Shown: piece by piece, positions 56,181 to 64,000 of the stretch | Layout of the letters: each line of letters begins with the position of its first letter | Numbering within the stretch: the first letter of the stretch is position 1 | Source: Octopus sinensis | Lineage: Eukaryota | Assembly (NCBI RefSeq): GCF_006345805.1 | Contig: NC_043004.1 | Location: 14,942,001-15,006,000, forward strand | Length of the DNA stretch: 64,000 bases | Direction: 5' to 3' | The notes under the pieces: generated by a model | Database searches by the model: none | What the model was told of the DNA's origin: nothing | What the model saw: only the letters and a program-made list of their open reading frames with translations | Position numbers and translations under genes: made by a program

Positions 56181-57551
56181 ATAATTAATTAATAAGGGTG
56201 AGAGAATTAGATACTAATTTAATAGTATATCTATTCAACACCAAGTGGTCTAGTGCTCCGAGAAACCTGGATTATTATAATATTTTATAATATATTATAA
56301 TATTTTTAGCGAAACAATTGTCCCAAAATAATCTGTATTTTTGTTATTTTTTATTTGCCCTGTCCGTGTGAGCTAACAATCGTACTGACTTTCATGGGAA
56401 ACATGTATTTTTGTGGTTGAAACCTTTTGGATTAACTAGTGCTAGAGTGAGCCATATAGTGACCACTCTCTTATATTTATTTTGTAAAAATATGATAATA
56501 TATTATAAAATATTATAATAATCCAGGTTTCTCGGAGCACTAGACCACTTGGTGTTGAATAGATATACTATTAGATTAGTATCTAATTCTCTCACCCTTA
56601 TTAATTAATTATAATTATGCTACATTTATTTCTAAATGCAGTATTTGTTTTCCGTGAAAGTTTGGCGCGCTGTTAGTTGGGGCATTTGAATTATAACGTC
56701 CGATGTAATCAATTGAACCACACGTGTATTTATCGTTATGGTAAAATCCGGCGTGTGATTGAGTGGATTTCATCCAGATAGTTTTGGCTGACGAGCTACA
56801 AGTGGATTTTTTTGTAAGTAAAATTACATTTAATTCATTAATAGCGAAACAATTGTCCCAAAATAATCTGTATTTTTGTTATTTTTTATTTGCCCTGTCC
56901 GTGTGAGCTAACAATCATACTGACTTTCAGGGGAAACATGTATTTTTGTGGTTGAAACCTTTTGGATTAACTAGTGCTAGAGTGAGCCATATAGTGACCA
57001 CTCTCTTATATTTATTTTATAAAAGTATTATAATATATTATAAAATATTATAATAATCCAGGTTTCTCGGAGCACTAGACCACTTGGTGTTGAATAGATA
57101 TACTATTAAATTAGTATCTAATTCTCTCACCCTTATTAATTAATTATAATTATGCTACATTTATTTCTAAATGCAGTATTTGTTTTCCGTGAAAGTTTGG
57201 CGCGCTGTTAGTTGGGGCATTTGAATTATAACGTCCGATGTAATCAATTGAACCACACGTGTATTTATCGTTATGGTAAAATCTGGCGTGTGATTGAGTG
57301 GATTTCATCCAGATAGTTTTGGCTGACGAGCTACAAGTGGATTTTTTTGTAAGTAAAATTACATTTAATTCATTAATAGCGAAACAATTGTCCAAAATAA
57401 TCTGTATTTTTGTTATTTTTTATTTGCCCTGTCCGTGTGAGCTAACAATCGTACTGACTTTCATGGGAAACATGTATTTTTGTGGTTGAAACCTTTTGGA
57501 TTAACTAGTGCTAGAGTGAGCCATATAGTGACCACTCTCTTATATTTATTT

Positions 57552-57555
<4 letters not shown>
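56181..57555. repeat. 535-bp tandem repeat (about 2.3 copies) with a 127-bp inverted copy of part of the unit at its left edge
   Basis: agcgaaacaattgtcc occurs at 56308, 56843 and 57378. 56181-56307 is the reverse complement of 56486-56612. (TA)n tracts lie at both ends. Confidence 0.95.
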
Positions 57556-57607
<52 letters not shown>

Positions 57608-57655
57608 ATTAATCGATTAGTAATTTTACCCGTATTATTATTATTGACAATATAT

Positions 57656-57699
<44 letters not shown>

Positions 57700-57706
<7 letters not shown>

Positions 57707-58200
57707 GAGAGACGCTGAAGAGATTGCAACAATGCGATATAAAAAAATTTATTTAAAAAATGATAACATGAGCAATGCCGAACATTTGAACTATCGATTG
57801 ACTGTTTGAGGAAAGAGTTTAAAATACGAGTTTGAAAAAAACTAGTAACAGTAAACGGTTGATCGATAAATTTGTTAGTTGAATATCTAATCCTCTAACT
57901 AACAATAACAATAAAGGGCGGAAACAGTGTGAGTGTTTTTATTAACAACATAATGCCGCTCGCAAGATTCAATAGTATGTACATATATATTTATGTAAAC
58001 ACTCGTCACTAAAGTCAACAAGGGCACCAGTCAGCGCTAGTATTACTAGAAATAAGAGTCAAAACAACAAAATAGGCACGAAGACACTGACTTTAAACTT
58101 AGACGTCGTGGAAGCTACTGATGAGAGTTGAGACGCGTTGAGCACGAACATATGAAACCATCGGTGATCTGGTTCTATCTGCGACCGTAGCTCATTAACA
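57700..58200 (+). mobile_element. Possible Penelope-like element 3' remnant with a degenerate hammerhead motif at 58113-58144 (H4)
   Basis: agcta CTGATGA gagtt GAGAC GC GTT gagc has an intact CUGAUGA and the palindrome ACGCGT. Upstream frames NMSNAEHLN and NPLTNNNNKG only weakly recall the end of a GIY-YIG domain. Confidence 0.3.
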
Positions 58201-58350
58201 TAATACATTGTGGCTATTGAGTTTTTTTGACTCTTACTAAGAACAATGGTGCTGATTAATACCCTTGTTCACTTCAGTGACGTGTATATTTCTGTCTTTA
58301 TGTTGTAAAATTGGGAATTAGCCAAGCTCATATATATATATATAATATAT

Positions 58351-58394
<44 letters not shown>

Positions 58395-59714
58395 TGTTTG
58401 TGTATGTATGTATGTATGTATGTATGTATGTATGTATAGATTATATGTCATAACGTATCTTGTAAACGTTGATATTTTCAATATACTGATGTTTGAAGGG
58501 GTCTGGGAATATATAATTGTTTTTATTAATAGTAATTCTATTTAATACATCAAATTTTATTTTGTGGGATGAAGTGTTTTCCTTTATTTTATATAATTTA
58601 ATGCATTGATGTTTCGTCACTTGTCAGTTGTACGGGAGATTCTTCTATGAAGAATATTTAATAAAAGCCATTAAAACTCCACATCCACACTATTCCAAAT
58701 GCAAATTATATTTTCTGCAAATTAGTTTTCGCTTTTGATGATGCACACTTCCAAAAATGGTCGTTTTGTTTTTTTATATTGGCAAATTAATGAATAATAT
58801 ATGTTATTGAAATGTAGTAATTCGTAGTTTAAAGCCTTTATATCAACAATATTGACTTATGTTTTTCACGGTATGGAGGCGTCTAGGATTAGTAGCAACT
58901 GCATATTGTTATTTATGGAAGGTAAACAAGACTGGAAACTACCGGGTATTCATGTGCACAAGTAGTCTGTGAATACGCTGATTAAATATTTTGAATGCAG
59001 TCAAGTGCTAATGGTTCAGTAAGTGGAAACACATGCATAGTGGTATGTGCGCAAATACACGACAATATATGCGCACTCACACACACACATAAATGCATGA
59101 AACATAATAAGCAGTCTATGAGGCGTACACCTGAATGCACAATACAATCGTACTTACTATTATGTGATAATAAAAATATGAATATACCTGTGTAGAGTTT
59201 ATTGATTAAAGATGCCAGCAGTTCTGAAGCATTTTGCTCGTGAGGAATTTCCTTGCCTGTAATAACTAATTTCCCGTCAGAGCTTCTCATGCTAAAATCC
59301 CCTAAAGTACTCTAAATTTAAAACATCCTGTTCTCTTCCAATCAAATCAGCAGTTTGCTTGTACATTATTGTCAGCTGTCAGCAATTTCTATGCGTTAAT
59401 CAGGCGGTAATGTTCTCATATTTACTAACTTCTTTATTATTATTTGTAGGCTAATCTTCTAGGGAAAAGATGCTCAAAGGAATTCAAGGTTAACAAAACA
59501 TCTGAAGATGGTTAAGCATGAGTATATTGTATGGAAGACTTGTATGAATCTGCTCACTTTTAACTAACCACTTCAAGGTGAAGAAAACGTTTCGGTCGCA
59601 AGAGATTTCGTACAATATTCACAGTACTTAGGTTTATGTTTGTTATTTTCTCTTCTGGCACGTGTCTGTGCCGAAATTTGTATGTTAATGTCAATATTAT
59701 TCTTCTGTTCTTTT

Positions 59715-60118
59715 TCTTTCAGTCATTCGACTGTGATCATGCTAGAGTACCATCTTAAAGAGATTGTAGTCGAATAAGTCCCCCGGTACTTATTCTTTGT
59801 AAGCGTAGTACTTACTCTATAAGTCTCTTTTTGTCTAACCGCCAAGTTACGCATGGGTACGTATACACACTAACATTGGTTGTCATGCGATGGCGGGGGA
59901 CAAACACAGATACAAAGAAACAGACACACACACATACAGACACATATATATCTATATATATACACTTTGGGCAGTTTCCGTCTATCAAATCCACTCATAA
60001 GGCTTTGGTGGGCCCGAGTCTATAGTTGAAGACACTTGCCCAAGGTTCCAGCAAGTGGAACTGAACATAGAACCATGTGATTGAGAAGCAAGCTTCTTCC
60101 CACACAGCCATACGTGCG
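59715..60118 (-). mobile_element. SINE family A copy
   Basis: Homologous to 20002-20398. Confidence 0.85.
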
Positions 60119-60147
60119 CTTATAATGTAATGGAAAGAGCTACAGGG

Positions 60148-60356
60148 CCAAGCTGGCATGGATGGTAGCACGCCGGGCGGAATGCTTATCGACATTTCGT
60201 CCGTCTTCACGTTCTGAGTTCAAACTCCACCGGGGTCGACTTTGCCTTTTATCCTTTCGGGTGTCGATAAAAAATGGACCTGCTGAGTACTGGGGTAGAT
60301 GTAATGGACATGCTCCCTTCCCGAATTCACTGGCCTTGTGCCAAAACTTGGAATCA
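60148..60356 (+). mobile_element. SINE family B monomer, head-to-head with the family A copy
   Basis: agctggcatggatggtagcacgccgggcggaatgctt...gttctgagttcaaactccaccggggtcgactttgccttttatcctttcggg. Confidence 0.85.
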
Positions 60357-62936
60357 ATATAATTTTACAAACTGTCGTGTATCACTTCCACTTTTCCATT
60401 TATTAAAGGATAGACGCAACACATTAACTAGCAGCACATTGATAGAGGCACCACATTAACAAGCATGTTCGCAACATTAGAATCCTTTGGTATAGCTAAT
60501 TTTCTTGATTTCTAACTGTCATTTTTCTTATGAAAATTAATTATTGTGTACTATTTGTCTGTTTGCATTTTAAAATTCTATAGTATTTTTCTTTTTCTAA
60601 CAATGTTGCAGGTTCATGTGAGTGTAGCGGAGGAGATTTGATAGTAAAGCGTACACGAATCAGCTTAGCTACATTGTCATATCTCCAAGTGCATTATGTG
60701 CACCATACAAGTGACATTTGACATATATGATTTAAAAATCCAGGATACAATCATCAGGATTTGCACAATTTTGGATCATATACTAACTTTTCTTCGCATT
60801 AAGTTAGCATGTTTGTGACTTACAGCACTCGGAAAACGAGTTATTCATCTCTATTCTACGGCACTCTATTCTCGCAACTGTATGAGACTATACTCAATAT
60901 GTCGTTGCACGCTGTGGGGAAGTCGGGAGAATGCACTTATTTTGGTGCGTTAGGTAATCCAGTTTATGTGAAGGTTTCCTCGAAAAACCCTTGCCAAATG
61001 GTGCTACCGTTATGAAGAGGATCTAAGTTTTGTGACAGGTAGCAGGCAGTTTTTATTTGAGGTCCATTCTAGTTTTATGTAAGCAATATCTTTCTGGATA
61101 TTTAATGGGAAAATAATTTTTACTAGAAATTCTCACCAGTCAATCGTGGTTAGTAAATGCATACTGCATGGAAATATGTCTACGCCGACATTTAGAATAG
61201 TTACAACAAACCTATTACATGATGACTTTTGATGCTGGAGTGATTCCATCATTTGAAGATATTTAATTTCGAGGACAGTTATCTTAAACAGAACAGTAGT
61301 GTAAAGAACTACACATCTTGGAAATTCAAATTTGGAGGTTAGTATTAAATAAACAACTGAATGTTAAAAATTAGTAGTGAAAACTCGTCTGTGCCAATAT
61401 TTTGTTATCAAAATCCGAATGGAGAAGGATTTTCCCGAAAACAGACAATACAATCTAAACGCATAATGATTTATGATCTGATATGTTTCTGTGTGAAAAG
61501 TCATAGCAGGGTTAATGAGACGCCTAGAATCATTTTATAGAAAACTAGTTCCTGAATCAATTCACACGATCATTGTCCTACAAACAATTATAAAGCAATT
61601 AGAAAACAATACACTTATTGAGCAGCTGCCATTCAAACATTGAGAAACAATATATCCATGCAGATATTGTGCAAAACTAAAGCTCGTTAAAATATGAAGC
61701 AGAAAATTCTATTGTTGATTAAATGAGAGAAAATTCAGAAGGTTAATATTAAAGGAGGAATTCTTTCACCATTTCTTCTGCTACTAACCACCCTCTCCTC
61801 TCTCTTTCTGCCTAACGAGCTATCAGTTATTATTGAATCTATAAGCCCATTGACATAAACAAAGAACAACTTTGTATTCATATTTTATATAAGATATAAA
61901 TTGCTCTTAAATTTCCGTAAGTGTTCCCACTCAGTCACGGATATAAAAGTTAGTAGTGAAAGCCCCTCTTAGACGAGATGAATTATCCAAATGAATATGG
62001 AACTCATCAAGAACAAGAAGAAACATACCATCTCAGTTGCAGTTTGAGTATCGATCCAATACTACGTACGAAATAGAAATAGCTTAAGCAACCTTTAAAA
62101 CAGTTTTAGTTAAAATTACATTTTATTCGAAACTTATCGCTAGTTTATAATTTACCTTTAAACGAGATATATCTGACATTCTACATGAATAAAATAAATT
62201 AAAAGAAATATAATGAAATGGTTCATTATTCTCAGACAAAACTAGATAAGAAACATTCTCCTCTCTGACAGCAACTGTTTGTGTGAAGAAAAAACAATGA
62301 AGTCAAATATAGAGACAAAACGATGACGACAATCATATTCGTAATTTCATATCTGTGGTGTTAGCAATGCTATGAATCATAGAAAGGAAACTAATGAATT
62401 AGAAAATACAAGAACTACATAAGTACTGTAAAATAACAGCTGTTTATTTAATTTTCGACTAGCATCAGCTTCTTTAATCCCTTTTCTTGTACGTTAGCAT
62501 TCCCTTCTGTTTTAGTAAATTATTAAATCTTACCCGCTTTTTGATTAAATAAAATTTAAAGCGATTTAATGCATTTGTGCAATAAACAAAATATACGTAA
62601 AACAAACTCATTAAGCGAAATGTTATTAGCTAAATGTACATGTTTAGGGAGTAAATGGCTTAATCAGAATAATAGAGATCCAGTGTTTGGGCGAATGATA
62701 AGTTCGTTAAAGCATAAGATGAAGTGTTACATAGCTTAAGACGAATTTGATATTATGCTTAATCTTTAGAAGTATATACTGATTTAAGGAAATTATTCTT
62801 AATGTAACACCCCGGCAACTATGAATAAAGTGATAAATATTTGAAGGCCTTGTTTAGTTGAAATATGAGGTCCAAAACGCTCTGGCATTCCATACACCTG
62901 TGTATATTTAAGTAAGGAATTTTTCAAATATTTATA

Positions 62937-62968
<32 letters not shown>

Positions 62969-63694
62969 CATGTATGTGTGTGTGTGTATGTGTAAATATC
63001 ACACACGACTAATCATATCCCCCATCTCCCCCATAAATATATATGTTCACACATCTGGTTGAAATCTATCAACGATGCCGCCGTGAGATCTGCGATCGAA
63101 TTTCATTGATATGGCCCTGTACAGGCATTGTATCTCCCTCTCTGGATGGACTAACTCTAAGATTATTTTCCTTCACGAAATGAAAAGATCTGTTTGCTAG
63201 GTTTCAAGCAGCATCTACTGCCTCATATTTGCTAACGCAGTTTGTCCATAATGAGTATAAGATTGCATATTAAAATGTCATGCCAAAGTATGTTACTATT
63301 GATAATTCCAGGATAATTCAATGCATGTAAACAAAAAGCTCTGGTGACAATCATCACCTGCACACGGATAATATATTTGAAATTAAAAAATGTTTCGCTT
63401 ATACAGTATCAATTTGACTTATTGACGCACATCCAATATCATTATTAGTAAATTAAATGATTTCATCACTAAGTATTATAATGGCAGTAGTTAAAAATTA
63501 TAGTTATTCACCTATCATATTTTTCTTCAAAATGGTATTCTCCTACAGAGGACGCTGTCAACACAGCTTAAGAGCACATGCGTACTGATCATTCTCGGCA
63601 GTCTTCAATTGGACCCGTTTTACATGTATGTATGTATGTATGTATGTATGTATGTATGTATGTATGGATGGATGGATGGATGGATGGATGGATG

Positions 63695-63885
63695 TTAGGC
63701 TGTTCGAGGAAAAGCGCCTCAAGAGCCTAGACCAGAAGCGACAAGCCCGAAAAGAGAGGATCCCCAACCCTACTTCTGTTGTTAAGTACCCACCATGTGG
63801 CTGAGTCTGCGCGTCTGCCTTCGGGTTACATTCGCACCACCGGCGTCACTGACGTCATTGTCGAACCCCGACAGACTTCCATCAT
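63695..63885 (+). mobile_element. RTE-clade LINE 3' end, heavily 5'-truncated
   Basis: The frame FEEKRLKSLDQKRQARKERIPNPTSVVKYPPCG*VCASAFGLHSHHRRH* matches the RTE C-terminal C..C....GL.SH motif. The stop is consistent with CGA>TGA decay. A short 3' UTR ends ccatcat. Confidence 0.8.
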
Positions 63886-64000
63886 GTATGTATGTATGTA
63901 TGTATGTATGTATTTATTTGTGTGCATATATGTGTATGTATGTATGTGTATGTGTGTGTGTTTATTTGAGTGTGTATATATTTCTGTGTGTGCATGTAGT

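Noticed and set aside
56308-57555. Regularly spaced repeats as a CRISPR-like array or canonical Helitron array
   Set aside because: Whole 535-bp units repeat with no unique spacers. The CTAG motifs are not arranged as TC...CTAG head-to-tail junctions with a convincing subterminal hairpin.
59170-59310. Possible exon STLGDFSMRSSDGKLVITGKEIPHEQNASELLASLINKLYT
   Set aside because: Splice signals are weak and no domain was recognised; it could equally be a retroelement ORF1 remnant.

Overview
Very AT-rich, microsatellite-dense eukaryotic DNA. The repeat content looks like an octopus/coleoid cephalopod genome; this is recognised from memory and was not database-checked. There is no prokaryotic content, CRISPR array or rRNA, and most ORF-track entries are translations of simple repeats. 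One host exon is well supported: a 201-bp, phase 1-1, minus-strand exon encoding a complete Sushi/CCP domain (52714-52914), in a frame the ORF track misses. Much of the window is therefore probably intron of an extracellular Sushi-domain gene. The rest is decayed mobile DNA: at least five tRNA-derived SINE families; R4/Dong-like and other REL-type LINE relics stacked at microsatellites; CR1/L2-like, RTE and possible I-group LINE ends; a deleted mariner; and a TA-flanked MITE. There are also two large fold-back structures. The most interesting signal is a set of unrelated short elements, each carrying a minimal type I hammerhead-ribozyme-like motif with a palindromic stem III, the architecture known from Penelope-like elements. 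One motif lies downstream of a tRNA-type Pol III head (a candidate SINE/Penelope-hammerhead hybrid), and a four-copy family has a non-canonical core. All motif copies here carry core substitutions, so activity is unproven. Apart from the exon, MITE, tandem-repeat and ribozyme-motif boundaries, coordinates are approximate.
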